Source: Azolla caroliniana | Lineage: Eukaryota; Plantae; Polypodiophyta | Direction: 5' to 3' | Assembly: GCA_043228905.1 (NCBI GenBank) | Contig: JBHGNT010000012.1 | Span: 10,850,001 to 10,914,000, forward strand | Length of the DNA stretch: 64,000 nt | Shown: positions 38,291-51,074 of the stretch, one piece after another | Layout: the number at the start of each line of letters is the position of its first letter | Numbering within the stretch: the first letter of the stretch is position 1 | Position numbers and translations under genes: made by a program | The notes under the pieces: generated by a model | Databases searched by the model: none | What the model was told of the DNA's origin: nothing | The model's input: the letters and a program-made list of their open reading frames with translations, nothing else

Positions 38291-39565
38291 ACCCTAGTCG
38301 ATCGAAAACGATCTTATGTGTGTACCGATCCGGATCTACACCGATTGATAGTGCCAGTAGCCGGTAAGGCATTGTTTTGTATTTCCTACCAGGGAGCTAT
38401 AAAAGGATCCGGAATTGAAGTAATTGTTGGCGGAAGTAATACAAGTTTGAGCATTCTAATTTAATCCTATTGTGTCTCTTGTCTACTTGTCGTTCTGCGC
38501 GTTCATTCGTAGTCTTATGTGTGTTTTCATTAATCGGTTGTGTATTAACCATCCAGAGAGTATCCGAAAATACCGGATTAGAATCAGATCTCTGTCGGAT
38601 AACATCATTCCCTTTTGTGAAGTGTCTGGAATGGACACCCCTGTGTTTGTGGCTATGTCCAACCTAGAGTAAACACATTTTTGGCGACCACGATTCCTGC
38701 AAAGTGTAGCCAATGACGGGGAATGGATGACTAGAACGAGGAACGTCCCAGTTATTGAACGAGCACGAAGACTAGCCGGGAGACTGCAGAGGCAGGAGGC
38801 CTACTAGCAGGCAGTTGAGGAGATCTGACATGATCGGTCTTTTCCGAGAGAGATTTGGCGGGTCGCGAAGAAGACAATCCAGTTGCAAACTCAGTGACAT
38901 TCAGATGAAGGCAACTGTTTGAGTAGTATGCTTGACGAAGAATTGATACTGTGAACCCTAGCCACAAGCGCTGGTGAGACGGAAGCATTTTCAGCATTTC
39001 AATCAGAGTCAGACAATGAACAAAACCTCCACTCCAACCATTGATCCAGTCACGATACTCTGGACGAACCAGAGGAAGACGGATCTAAGCACACACCGAC
39101 ACCACCGGTGCGTGAGGAGAATCTGTAATGACAATAAGAGAAGACGAACGGTTGCGTACCGACACCACCGGTGCGTGAGGAGAATCTGTAATGACAATAA
39201 GAGAAGACGAACGGTTGCGTACCGACACCACCACCGGAATGGCCGGTAGATGAAGACAACATGTCGTACACGTACCCCAAGTACGGAAACGAACTGGATG
39301 CAGAGGCACACGTGTATGCATTTGCAAACATGGGAAGCCAACCGTGTTTCACAATGACTAATGGACACTGAAGTACAACGGTAAAAAATTACGGAATTTG
39401 GCATGATCTTGGAGGGACCGACGGTGAGATGGAACGCAAAGCATCTTCCAGGTAGCTTCACCATGTTTGAAGCCCTGTGTGATAAATTTTTAGACAATTT
39501 TATACGGTATATCAGGAACCCAACGAGACAGTCCCACAATTCATCATTTGAACCTAGAAACTGCA
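38290..39565 (+). mobile_element. Non-chromoviral Gypsy 5' fragment (LTR end, PBS, gag remnant) with a 60-bp tandem repeat at ~39093-39235
   Basis: ...TAAACA then TGGCGACCAC (tRNA-Arg-type PBS, by recall) at 38682. EFGMILEG..VRW...FEAL..KFL resembles the gag at 63445. Confidence 0.55.
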
Positions 39566-39568
39566 AAG

Positions 39569-41997
39569 TCAGCTTACAAGGGCACTTCCAGAGGATGAAC
39601 CAAAATCATTCTTTAGATCCATTTGATGCACGTGCCACCCCTTTGCCGTGGCAACTGCAAACAAGATACGGACAATCGTCATCTTTGCGACTGACGCGAA
39701 TTTTTCATCGTAGTCGATGTTGTGTTGTTGCACATAGCCTTTTGTCACTAACCTCGCTTTTACCAATTGACAGAGCCATTGGTGTTGTACTTGACCTTGT
39801 ACTCCCACCTGCATCTGATTAGCTTCACTCCCTTCAGAACTTCAACCAGGTCCCACATTTCGTTCTCCGCCAGTGCGTCCATTTCTTCCTCTGTCGCGGA
39901 ACGCCAATTTGTGTCCTTCGTTGCTTCTGCATAGCTCTCCGGCTCACTCACTTCCTCCACCTTTGTCATGTACGCATAAAGATGCGCCATGTATTCATTA
40001 TATCCATATCGAACTATAGGGTTCTTCTAGCGGGTAGATCAACGTAATTTTTTTTTGCCGATTTGATAGTCCTCTTGGCTGACTACGATTGTTTTTCTGA
40101 AGGTTTGTCTCTGTTCTCAGCCATTTGAAGTTCAATCTTAGCCGAAAAACCGGCATCCGTGCCAAACTCGGGCACCTTCATCTTCTCTTTCTCCTTGCAC
40201 GTGAACCGTCTCTTCAGTTCTTTGCGTGGGGAGAGCATGACAGAGTCTCTACCACTCGTCTTTTCATCACTTGACTGGTCAATCCGATTGAGTCGATCAT
40301 TTGGCCCACTGAGCCGGAATGAGATCGGACTCTCTTCTAGAGCCCCGATTTCTTCTTCATCCGGAGGCATTTCGGCCTCACTGACCTCATTTTCTGAGAT
40401 TGGAATGGAGTTGTCGGGGGTTGGAGACGAGAGCAGATACCATGACACTAACTCATCGAACACGATATCTCAACTGACGTGGACATGTTTGGTTTGGGGG
40501 TGATAACATTTATAACCCTTCTGCTCGTCCGAGTAGCCGACGAGAATGCAGTTCTTGGCTTTCACGCCTAGCTTCCTCCTCTTCTCCTTCGGCACATGCA
40601 CGTAGGCAATGTTGCCGAACACCCTCAAGAGTCCAAGATCTGGTTTCCTCAAGAAATACAGTTGATGTGGTGACACTCCTCCACTTGCAGACGTCCGATT
40701 CTGCAGGTAGATAGTTGTCCCTACCGCTTCGGCCCAGTAAAACCTCGGTAGATGCTTCTCTTCAAGCATCGCTTGTGCCGCCTCCTCTATCGTCTGATTC
40801 TTCCGCTCAGCCACATCGTTCTATTCTCGTGTGTGTCTGCAAGAAAAATCTCATCGAATTGCTTCCTTCTACAGATAATTCGAGAACTGGTCGCAAAAAT
40901 ACTCTTTCTCGCCATCAGACCTCAGGCACTTGATCTTCCTGTTAGTTTCTCGTTCGGCAAGGCTCTTCACCTTCAGGAAACAGGAGAAGACTTCAATCTT
41001 CTTCGTGATCAAGCATGCCCAAGTGTGCCGAGTGTAGTCATCGATGAAGGTTACAAAGTAACAACTTCCTCCCATGCTCACGTTATGTGTCAGGCCCCAC
41101 ACGTCCGAATGGATTAGATCGAGCCGGTTTCCGCTCCGATTTCTCTCTTTGGGGAATGGAAGTCGGTGTTGCTTCCCTAGCTGGCAGGCTTCGCAGATTT
41201 GTTCGTTCCGGCCACTAAATTTCGGTAATCCGAAAATGATATTCTTCGTCTGCATTTCTTAAAGCCATGGGAAGTTAACATGGATGAACCTCTTGTGCCA
41301 TAGGTCGATATCTAACTCGTAAACATGGAGGTTCCGACTTCGTTGGTTTCATGGATAAACATCCTCCGTTCTCAGCGCCCCTGCGCAATGACTTTGCCCA
41401 CCAGTTTCGATGGCCCCCAGTTGTTCCGGTTTCTCCAAATATGAGAACCACTCCTCGTGGCTTGTCATGTGGTTCAATGCCTCGGAATCAACATACCACA
41501 CCTCATTCAGTTTCGAGGTGCTTCTCTTCATCGAATTATCCTTGCTTCATCACAAAGGTTGGTTCCGATCCATTTCCAGCTCCTCCGGAGACCTCGACGT
41601 AGTGCAATCTTCGACGCCTATTTGCATCTTCTCGGCCCGATCCAGATTTGGCCAAATTGGAGTGCTTCTTCCACCACTCGCTCTCTCGGTGACCTTTCTT
41701 GCGACAATACCTGCATTCTGTTTCGGCTTTTGCTTGCCACCTTCCGGCCACTGGAGGGTCTGGAATTGCCATCAGCATTTCGATTATGCCTTCGGTTTTG
41801 CTCCTATCGGTTACTTCCATTCCGTGCTGACCCACCTCTTCCACCACAACCACGGAGCCTATCTTCCTCCATGTACAACATCTTGCTACCGGTGTGCGTA
41901 CTCTCGATGCACCCATGTGGTTCTCTTCAACGAGAAGCATCGATTGCAACTCGAAGAATGATGGGCCCGTATTCTCCCTCATGCAGATCCGGCCCAA
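39569..41997 (-). mobile_element. Copia gag-protease-integrase-RT fragment, same family as 24977-30154
   Basis: FFELQSMLLVEENH, WYVDSEA, CEACQLGKQHRLPF, LRSDG, CILVGYSDEQKGYKCY and LVTKGY. Confidence 0.9.
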
Positions 41998-42019
41998 GTT
42001 GGGCTTGCTCGCTCAACAA

Positions 42020-42790
42020 TGGTCCATCACACCCACAAGGGAAGGAAAGGGCGAAGTTCCCTAGCTTTTGATTGAGCTCGGAGATCGAAAAATCAACAGA
42101 CCTACAGAAGGTCTTAGAGGAACGCATCCTCGACAGTCAAGTGGAACTAACGTTTCGAGAAGTATTAGATATTGCCAAGAAGGAGTTCCACGACACAATC
42201 CTCGACCTCGTGAAGAGAAAGCAGCTCTCAATTGAGCTGGAAAGTGAGAAACCGGTCAAGTTGAAATCGGCCACATCGACGAGGTGGAAATGGAAGAGGA
42301 GTTTACGGATAACCGCTACACTACGACACACTGGGCACAGGCAACAACGGAGACCCCAGTTCAGATTTTTCACGTGAAGGAGCCAATGGTGGCATTGATT
42401 GACCATGGATCAGAGATCAACCAGATGTCCATGGACTTCCACAAGAAGGGCAAGTGGCCGATTAATACAAACCACGGGTGGAAAATATGCGCGGCGACCC
42501 GTGCTATGGAAGAGCTTAATGGTGCATGTCCGAATGTCTAAGTGAAGGTCGGAGACATCGAGATCGACCAACACTTCTTCATGCAGGAGTAATCCTGATA
42601 TCAGCTAATCTTAGGCGAACCCTACATCACGGCGACTAGGATGGAGACGAACGTGTTGGACAACGGTTCAACATACACAAGGGTGAAGAACCAGGATGGG
42701 AGGCAATCCGTCCAATTCCTGACAATTCGGCCGAACCATGAGCATAACAAGGACTTTTTCGGCGGTGAGGACCTGTGCAACATAGAGCAG
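42020..42790 (+). pseudogene. Older, diverged gag-protease fragment of the same lineage as the 43065-51074 element
   Basis: TDLQKVLEERILDS, HWAQATTET and ALIDHGSEIN parallel 45740-46440. Confidence 0.85.
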
Positions 42791-43064
42791 TGGTTCACCG
42801 AGGTGACACTACGGAAGCTCAAGATCGATGAGGGTGTGTTACGGGCATGACCATATAATATCCCATGGTGAGAATGTATCGTAGTATTCTATACACGTGG
42901 ATAAAGTGTGAGGATTAAATGAGAGTGTAAAAAAGGTGAGGATTACTTTTAATCCTCGGGATTGAGACAACCCATTAGGCCAAGTGTGAACTTGCGTAGG
43001 GGCCTTAGGTCTGGCTATAAGTATGAGGCCTAGCTACCCTCATTTGTCACATTATCGACTACGT

Positions 43065-44182
43065 TGTCGTGAAGATTTTCGGCAATAGTGTGAAAATCCC
43101 ATAAAACGTACGAAATCGAGTATGAATCACATAATACAATAATTGTGAAGATAACATTTTTAATATCTAAGTACAAAATGAGGGAGGTTTCGAATGCACT
43201 TTATTACACGAGAAATGGACAACTAAATGTCAAGATATGAGGGTATAAAGTTTGTGAAAAGAAAAGAGAAAATTGTGAGATATCCCACATAGGCACGACA
43301 AATACGGCTCTCATCATATATAAGGTGGAGCAAAAGATATTATCTTTGTGTCTATGTGTGGAGCATAGAGAGTTCAAGGTAACTTGAACTAAGAGTGGAG
43401 GTGGGCTAGCTACTCGTAAAGGGTTTTGGCCAACCAAAACCGGACCGGCGATGGAGACGGTGAACTGACGGCATCCGGCGGCATCCGGTGACGGCAACCG
43501 GCGAGGCACCGATAACCGACGGCATCCGACGACGGCACCGGTATCCGACGGCATCCAACGAGGCACCGGTAACCGACGGCATCCGGTGACGGCATCCGGC
43601 GACTATATAAATAAATATATAAATATATATACAAATATACATATACAAGGAGGGGAAGTAAGGATTCGAACCTTGCACCTCTGAGTTATGAGTCAATTGG
43701 CTTACCATTAAGCCATGCTATTTAGTTAAAATTATATTTCTATCATTGTACTTTTACATGTAAATTCTCATACGTGAGAGCTAAAATGAATGACATGGTT
43801 AACATGCACCACATGTAATACATAAGCGCCAAATGGCAAACATGCAATTTATGCATGTCTTGTACCCTCACATGCATCATATGTATGAGAGCATCTATAA
43901 AAGAAGGAAGGGGGAGGAGAAAAAACACGGTTTTTTTTATGAAAATTAAGAGGAAGAAATTCGTTATCAAATTGATCGTGGAACTTGTTTCTTAAATCTA
44001 AAGTTAAAACTTCAATCAATCTCTCTCAATCGTGTGATCTCAACTTCTCTCTTTCCCAATCTATCTTAAGTACTTTCTCGCTAAAGCTTACGCCAAAGCT
44101 TGTACCGACTTTGAATCCTTCCGGTCCAAAACCCCGGCGGTTCCGCCTCACGATCCGCGCGTAGTGACGGATCTTCACGACA
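43065..44182 (+). repeat. 5' LTR (1118 bp)
   Basis: Direct repeat of 50005-51074; contains a GACGGCATCCG mini-array and a tRNA-like module. Confidence 0.95.
43655..43722 (-). promoter_or_regulatory. tRNA-derived Pol III promoter-like module inside the LTR (second copy at ~50547-50614)
   Basis: A-box TGGCTTAATGG (43715-43705), CTCATAA anticodon-loop-like segment and B-box GGTTCGAATCC (43672-43662) at tRNA spacing. The acceptor stem does not pair. Confidence 0.6.
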
Positions 44183-44190
44183 TAATTAAG

Positions 44191-44208
44191 TGGTGAACCC
44201 GACGTGAA
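44191..44208 (+). promoter_or_regulatory. Primer-binding site complementary to the 3' end of tRNA-Trp
   Basis: TGGTGAACCCGACGTGAA is the reverse complement of TTCACGTCGGGTTCACCA, the 3' end of plant cytosolic tRNA-Trp as recalled. Confidence 0.85.
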
Positions 44209-44249
44209 AGAGGCGGTAGGAAGGATCAAGTCGAGATTAATACTTGGAG

Positions 44250-46448
44250 ATGGCGTCCTCAAGCAAACAAGCAAGAGAGCTCGAAAGGATGATGCTAATC
44301 GTCGAGCAAATGATGAGATCTCGGGACAAGGACGCGAGCGTGGAGAAGGCTGTCGATCGTGTCGTGGAGCTCGAGGGCCAATTCGATGGAAGGAACATTA
44401 CGAAGTTCCTTGATGCTTATAGAAGGGAGATGAATCAGAGGGACGTGTCCGAGGCACGTCAAATCGTAAGCTTCAAGAGAGTTGTCACCAACAACATCCA
44501 AAGACGCGTCATCGAGCTTCAAGAAGGTAAGACAACATGGTGCGAGTTCGAGAAAACGATACTAGCAGAGTTCGTGACTGAAGACTCAACGAGGATGACT
44601 CGACATGCCCTGATGAAGTGGATAGAGAAGAAGAATAAGAAGATGAGCGTCTCGTGGGTGTCCGACGAATTCGATCAGATGTTTAGTCGTCTCCCCAATA
44701 CGGACCAAGTGTTGCTGGAAGAAGACAAGACTTTGTACTTCTTGAAGGCCGTGTACATAAAGGATAGACGGGAGTTGGGGACTCTTCTCGAAGATGATAC
44801 CCAAGCAAATGGGCTTGTAGCGGACTGGATCGCGGTGAAGCGGGCATGCAATAGGCTCGACAAGCGTCGCCAATGAGTTGATGACACCGGCTTACCGGGA
44901 TCGACTACCACGGAGAAAGCAAGACCGCCGAAAGTAGTTGAGCCGCCAAGACAAAGTAACGTGGAAGAAAAGAAGATTGATGACGACATCATTGAAGAGC
45001 TAGCGAAGAAGTTCGAGGAGGTCACGCTAGCTAACATGAATCGTCGGGGCCCTAAAGGAAAAGAACCCTTTAGATGCGTGTGGTGCGATAGCATGGACCG
45101 CATGAGAAGGGATTGTGCGAGCCTTCGAGAGGTGATTCGACAAAATATCGTATACATAGAGGACAACATGATTTGCTCAAGCGAGACTAGAAGACCCCTA
45201 CGGGTGAATTTCGGAAGAGGAGGAATGAAGAGATCTATGGAGGATGCCGATGCGACTCATGTGGATGCGATGCACTATGCTGCGTCGGCCGGAATAAGAG
45301 TCGGGAAAGACAAGACTGAAGCTGCTAGAGCGGGAGCAAAGTTTTGGACTTCCGTTCTCGAATATGAGAAGAAGGGAAAAATCACATCAAACGAGGTCGA
45401 GCTTGCGGACCGAAGCGTGCAAAGCATAACCGGGTGGTCGGATCCGGTGGACGACAACACCATACTCGCAGAGGTGATGTGAGACAACCACGAGGTGTTC
45501 GTCGAAGAAAAGATAAAGAGAATAGAAGAGCAAGGCCCATCTAAAAGACATGAAACAAGGAATGCGAAAAAGAAGGACGATGCGGAGACGAGTCGACCTT
45601 TACAATCGGAGGAACGAGAATCAAGCCGAAAAGGGGAGCCGAGCATACGAGTTGAAGTAACGGTGCGGCCCGTGAAGGTTGGTGTCGAAGACCCTGCTCG
45701 GAGGACTAGGACTATACCTACCTATAAGCTAAGGTCGGACATAGAGCAGACAACAGACCTAAAGAAGATTCTCGAAGAACGAGTTCTTGATAGCCACGTA
45801 ACTTTGTCCTTGAGGGAATTGCTTGGCATTACGAAGAAGGAGTTCCATGACACGATCGTGGACCTTGTAAAGAGAAAGAGACAACAATCGGACGAAGAAG
45901 AAGAGAAGCCGCAAAAAGCAAAAACGAATGCCATAACGATGGCAAGAGACGAAATCGATGAAGATATGGTGGACAGCCACTACACTCGACCTCATTGGGC
46001 ACGAGCGACAACGGAGACGCCGGTGAAGATCAGGGAGAAGAAAGAGACCGTGGTAGCCTTGATCGACCACGGCTCGGAGATCAACCTCATGTCAACCGAC
46101 TTCTACAAAAAAGGAAGATGGCCAATCAATACAAACCACGGATAGAAGATTCGAGCGGCAACAAAGTCTACGGAGGATTTGTACGGAGCTTGTCCCAATG
46201 TCAGAGTCACGATCGGGGATGTGGAGATGGAACAACACTTCTTCGTACAAGAATCGGCGCCGCATCCTGTCATCCTAGGGCAACCTTATATCACATCATC
46301 TCGAATGGAGACCAAAGTGTTTGATAATGAAGCAACCTTCGCACGAATAAAGAGTCTTGACAACCAAAGATCAGTCCAATTCCTAACGGTGCGAGCCAAT
46401 CATGAAAGGAATCGAGATAGTCTCGGAGGCGAATCCTCGGATTTTTAG
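44250..46448 (+). pseudogene. ORF1: Gag plus aspartic protease, one frame with three premature stops
   Basis: ORFs 44244, 44961, 45495 and 46179 share a frame; degenerate knuckle CVWC....R....C; protease LIDHGSEIN...ILGQP. Confidence 0.85.
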
Positions 46449-49400
46449 AGCGGACTATTGAAGCATGGGGCACAAATAGTCCGAGCAATCACAAGACCCC
46501 ACAAGAAAGAAGAGTGCGTGGATTGCAAGGAGAAGCAACATGTGTCACACCTAGTGGCGCATGTAAACTAGTACTACTCGACAAGAAGCACAAGCGTCGG
46601 ATACAAGAATTCGAGAAGATGCTGAAAGAAGAGAATATAATAGAAGAAGGAGAGTTCGTGACTCATATTATGGAAGAAGCCTCATTTAACGACACCATCA
46701 GTGAAATCGAGGATGTCGTGGACTTGAGCTATCTTCACAACCAACACGTGATTTCGGTTAACTCCGTCAACATGTACGCTATCATTGATGAATACCGTCG
46801 TGGCATCTCGATGAAGGAAGTTGACATCAACACGAAATATAAAACGGTGGATAAGAAGATCAAGCCAGTTGCGGTTCCGCTACCGGAAGATAGCTGGCAA
46901 AAAATGAAGGAAGTCGCTAACGATCCAAGCTTAAGAGATCTGAAGAAGATAGGTCATGACTTCACCAAAGAGACGAAGGGGAAGCTACGAGTTGGAAAGG
47001 AGGATTTCCTTCTCCTTGAAGAGGAGCGAATGTTTCGCGATATGCTTGAGAGACATGGGAAGGCTTTCGCATTCTTCCCATGAGAAATCGGATGCGCCGA
47101 CCCAAAGGTTATAGAGCCGATGGTGATCTTCACGGTGCCTCATGTGCCTTGGAATTTGAAACCGATACCGGTTCCGAGAGCACACCTTCCGAAGCTGATC
47201 GAGCTCTTAAAGGAGAAGGTGAGTATGGGAATTCTAGAACCGTCGAATGCTCCTTATTCCAATAGGTGGTTCACGGTGCCGAAGAAGAATGGATCATTGC
47301 AATTCATCCAGGATCTTCAACCCGTCAACAAGGTGACAATTCGAAATGCCGGAATCGGTCCAAGCGTGGACGAATTTGCCGAAGCGTTTGCGGGCCGGTC
47401 CATCTACTCCATTGGCGATCTCTACTCCGGATATGACCAATTCCAATTGGCGATCGACAGTTAGGACATTACAACCACGAGGACTCCGATCGGGCTTGTG
47501 CGGATGTGTACCTTACCCCAAGGCGCAACGAACTCGGTGGCTCATATGGTGAATGCCATGAATAAAGTCTTGAAGGATTGCATTCCGGACATCACGATGC
47601 CATTCTTGGATGATATTCCGATAAAAGGATGTTCGGATGAGGAGAAAGATGAATCGAAAGATAAGGAAGGTTGTAGAAAGTTCGTTGCGGATCATATGAA
47701 AGATTGCGAGAAGGTGCTTCAAAGGCTCGAAGATGCGAATTTGACATTTTCGGGAGAAAATTCCGCATTCGGGCAACCGGAGATCTTGGTGGTAGGTCAC
47801 TTGTGTGGAGCATACGGCCGGAAGCCCTCGCCATCCAAAGTGAATGCAATCCAAGACATGAAAGAAGAATGCGAAAACCAAACGGAGGTTCGAAGGTTCC
47901 TTGGAGCGTGCGCATTTATCATATATGGATTCCTCACTACACTCATGTCGCCGAACCGTTATATGGACTACTAAAGAAAAGAATAAAGCTCGAATGGCGA
48001 GACGAGCACACAAAGGCGATGCGAAGATTAAAGAAACTGCTTCTTGAAGCTCCGGCACTAAGGAAGGCCGACTATGCCGAAGGGAAACCAATTTACGTGA
48101 CCGTAGATACGAGGCCAACCGGAATCGGGTGGGTCATCAACCAAGAAGGTGAAGATAATGCGCGATATGCCGTCCGGTTCGGAGCAAAGGTTCTCAGCGA
48201 ACGGCAACAAAGATATGCCCAAGTCAAGCGGGAACTTTGGGGTATTGTGTCAGCAGTGAAGACAGACAAAGATTACCTGATCGGGTCAGAAGTGATAATA
48301 GAGACAGATTGTCTCCCAATTCTCGGAATGGTCTCGGGATGTGTGACCCCAGATCTTGCTATGCTAAGGTGGATTGCCTACATCAAGTCTTTAAACCCAG
48401 AGATCTGTCACATTGCAGGGAAGAAGAACGCCATGGCTGACATGCTGTCGAGGGTAAGATTTTCAAATGGAAGTAACATGGTTTCGGAAGATGAAGATGT
48501 CGCCCTCGACTTCTTCAAGATGGCTCGATTGTTGGCGGAAGACCAAGACACGCAAACCCTCCACGCCTTCAACGAGAACGAGTACGAAGGAGAGTGGTTA
48601 CTCATTGGTAGATTCCTAAGAACATTGATGGTAGATGCTTCGTTGACAAAGGAGGAGGCCCTACGAATCCGAAAGAAAGCTTATCGATACTTCTTGAAGG
48701 GAGGATTCCTTTGGCGACATCCAAAAAGAAGGACAGGAATACCACGTCGAGTGGTGGTAAAGAAAGAAGAGCAAGAGACGCTGATGACCGAATTCCACGA
48801 GAGTGCTTGGGCAGGTCATAGAGGAACATGGGCGATGTTCGAAAAGTTGAAGGAGAAGTACTGGTGGCCAAGCATGTAGAAAGATGTACTCCATTTTGTG
48901 TCCACATGTGAAACTTGCCAAGTATATTCAAATATACGTCATCGTGATGAGTTAAAGCCGACATACCCACTCACCATACACTTCAAATGGATGGTGGATC
49001 TGGTCTCGATGCCAATGGGAGTGGGACAAATGAAGTACTTAGCGCTGGCAAGGGAAGACTTGACAAATCAAGTGGAAGGACGAGCCTTGACAAATAAGAC
49101 GACTTTAGCCGTTTGCAAATTTCTACTTGAAGATGTTGTTTGCCGATATGGATGTATAGGGAAGATAGTGGCCGACCGAGGGGAGTTGGACGCGCACGAA
49201 GCGACGGAGCTCTTCGAAAGACTAGGCGTGAAGCTCTCCCTCACGACTGCTTACAATCCGGAAGCAAATGGGAAGATCGAGCGAGGGCATGGACCTATCG
49301 TTAAAGCCATCGTACGGGCATGCAACGGTCGAGTCGGGAATTGGCCACAACTATTACCCTATGCCTTGTGGGCCGATAGAACGACACATAGCTCGGTGAC

Positions 49401-49932
49401 AGGGTATATGCCGACGGAGCTTATGTATGGACAAAAGTTGATTATGCCCATTGAAAGGATGATCGCCTCATGGGTAGCGATACCGTGGGAGAACGAGATG
49501 AGTTGACAAGAGTTATTAGCGGCGCGGATAAGGCAACTTGAAAGAAGACTTGAAGATTTAGAAAAAGCGCGAAAGATGATGAAGGCAGCCCGAGTAAAGA
49601 ACAAAGTTCGGTTCGACAACACGCATCGACTTCGTCCCAAGAAGATTGAAGAAGGGGATTGGGTTTTGGTTTACGACAACACCCTTGACAATCAACACAG
49701 TACAACAAGGAAGTTTGCAAGAAGATGGTTCGGGCCGTATGTGGTGACAAGTGCCAACGATAATGCCACATACCACCTTGCGGAACTAGATGGATCAAGG
49801 TTGGCCGTACCCATTGCGGGAAAAAGAGTAAAGATTTTCAAGAAAAGACAAGACAAGGATCCTAACCTCGATTACCTCGATGATGAACATAATAGGCCGC
49901 ATGAAAATGAAGACATGGAGGAATCTAATTGA
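46439..49932 (+). pseudogene. ORF2: RT-RNaseH-integrase, starting in the -1 frame relative to ORF1; a few stops and one frameshift near 47915
   Basis: RT FLDD; RNaseH TVDT..TGIG, ETDC; integrase H..H..CETC, VDL, ADRG, GKIERGH; GPY motif; no chromodomain. Confidence 0.88.
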
Positions 49933-50004
49933 TCATCGTAGCAGAAATCTCACTTTCTCTCTTCTTGGCACGTACCGGAGGACGTGCGGTTTGGTGGGGG
50001 TGGA

Positions 50005-51074
50005 TGTCGTGAAGATTTTCGGCAATAGTGTGAAAATCCCATAAAACGTACGAAATCGAGTATGAATCACATAATACAATAATTGTGAAGATAACATTTT
50101 TAATATCTAAGTACAAAATGATGGAGGTTTCGAATGCACTTTATTACACGAGAAATGGACAACTAAATGTCAAGATATGAGGGTATAAAGTTTGTGAAAA
50201 GAAAAGAGAAAATTGTGAGATATCCCACATAGGCACGACACATACGGCTCTCATCATATATAAGGTGGAGCAAAAGATATTATCTTTGTGTCTATGTGTG
50301 GAGCATAGAGAGTTCAAGGTAACTTGAACTAAGAGTGGAGGTGGGCTAGCTACTCGTAAAGGGTTTTGGCCAACCAAAACCGGACCGGCGATGGAGACGG
50401 TGAACCAACGGCATCCGGCGACGGGATCGGCATCTGGTGACGGCATCTGGCGAGGCACCGGTAACCGACGACATCCGGTGACGGCATTTGGCGACTATAT
50501 AAATAAATATATAAATATATATACAAATATACATATACATGGAGGGGAAGTAAGGATTCGAACCTTGCACCTCCAAGTTATGAGTCAATTAGCTTACCAT
50601 TAAGCCAAGCTATTTAGTTAAAATTATATTTCTATCATTGTACTTTTACATGTAAATTCTCATACGTGAGAGCTAAAATGAATGACATGGTTAACATGCA
50701 CCACATGTAATACATAAGCGCCAAATGGCAAACATGCAATTTATGCATGTCTTGTACCCTCACATGCATCATATGTATGAGAGCATCTATAAAAGAAGGA
50801 AGGGGGAGGAGAAAAAACACGGTTTTTTTTATGAAAATTAAGAGGAAGAAATTCGTTATCAAATTGATCGTGTAACTTGTTTCTTAAATCTAAAGTTAAA
50901 ACTTCAATCAATCTCTCTCAATCGTGTGATCTCAACTTCTCTCTTTCCCAATCTATCTTAAGTACTTTCTCGCTAAAGCTTACGCCAAAGCTTGTACTGA
51001 CTTTGAATCCTTCCGGTCCAGAACCCCGGCGGTTCCGCCTCACGATCCGCGCATAGTGACGGATCTTCACGACA
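50005..51074 (+). repeat. 3' LTR (1070 bp)
   Basis: Direct repeat of 43065-44182, preceded by the G-rich tract GGTGGGGGTGGA. Confidence 0.95.

Larger units (their letters stand above)
43065..51074 (+). mobile_element. Full-length, recent Ty3/Gypsy retrotransposon of a fungal-like (Ylt1-like) non-chromoviral lineage
   Basis: Near-identical LTRs with 12-bp terminal inverted repeats TGTCGTGAAGAT...ATCTTCACGACA and 4-bp TSD ACGT. Domain order PR-RT-RH-IN. RT motifs DLYSGYDQ, LPQGATNSV and PFLDDIPIKG. Confidence 0.93.

Noticed and set aside
43655-43722. Functional tRNA-Met gene (also 50547, 61021, 23714-23888)
   Set aside because: Acceptor and anticodon stems do not pair properly; only promoter boxes and the T-arm survive.
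43204-43970. ORFs within the LTRs as an extra or env-like gene
   Set aside because: They are short, run through low-complexity repeats and show no recognisable domain; there is no room for env between integrase and the 3' LTR.
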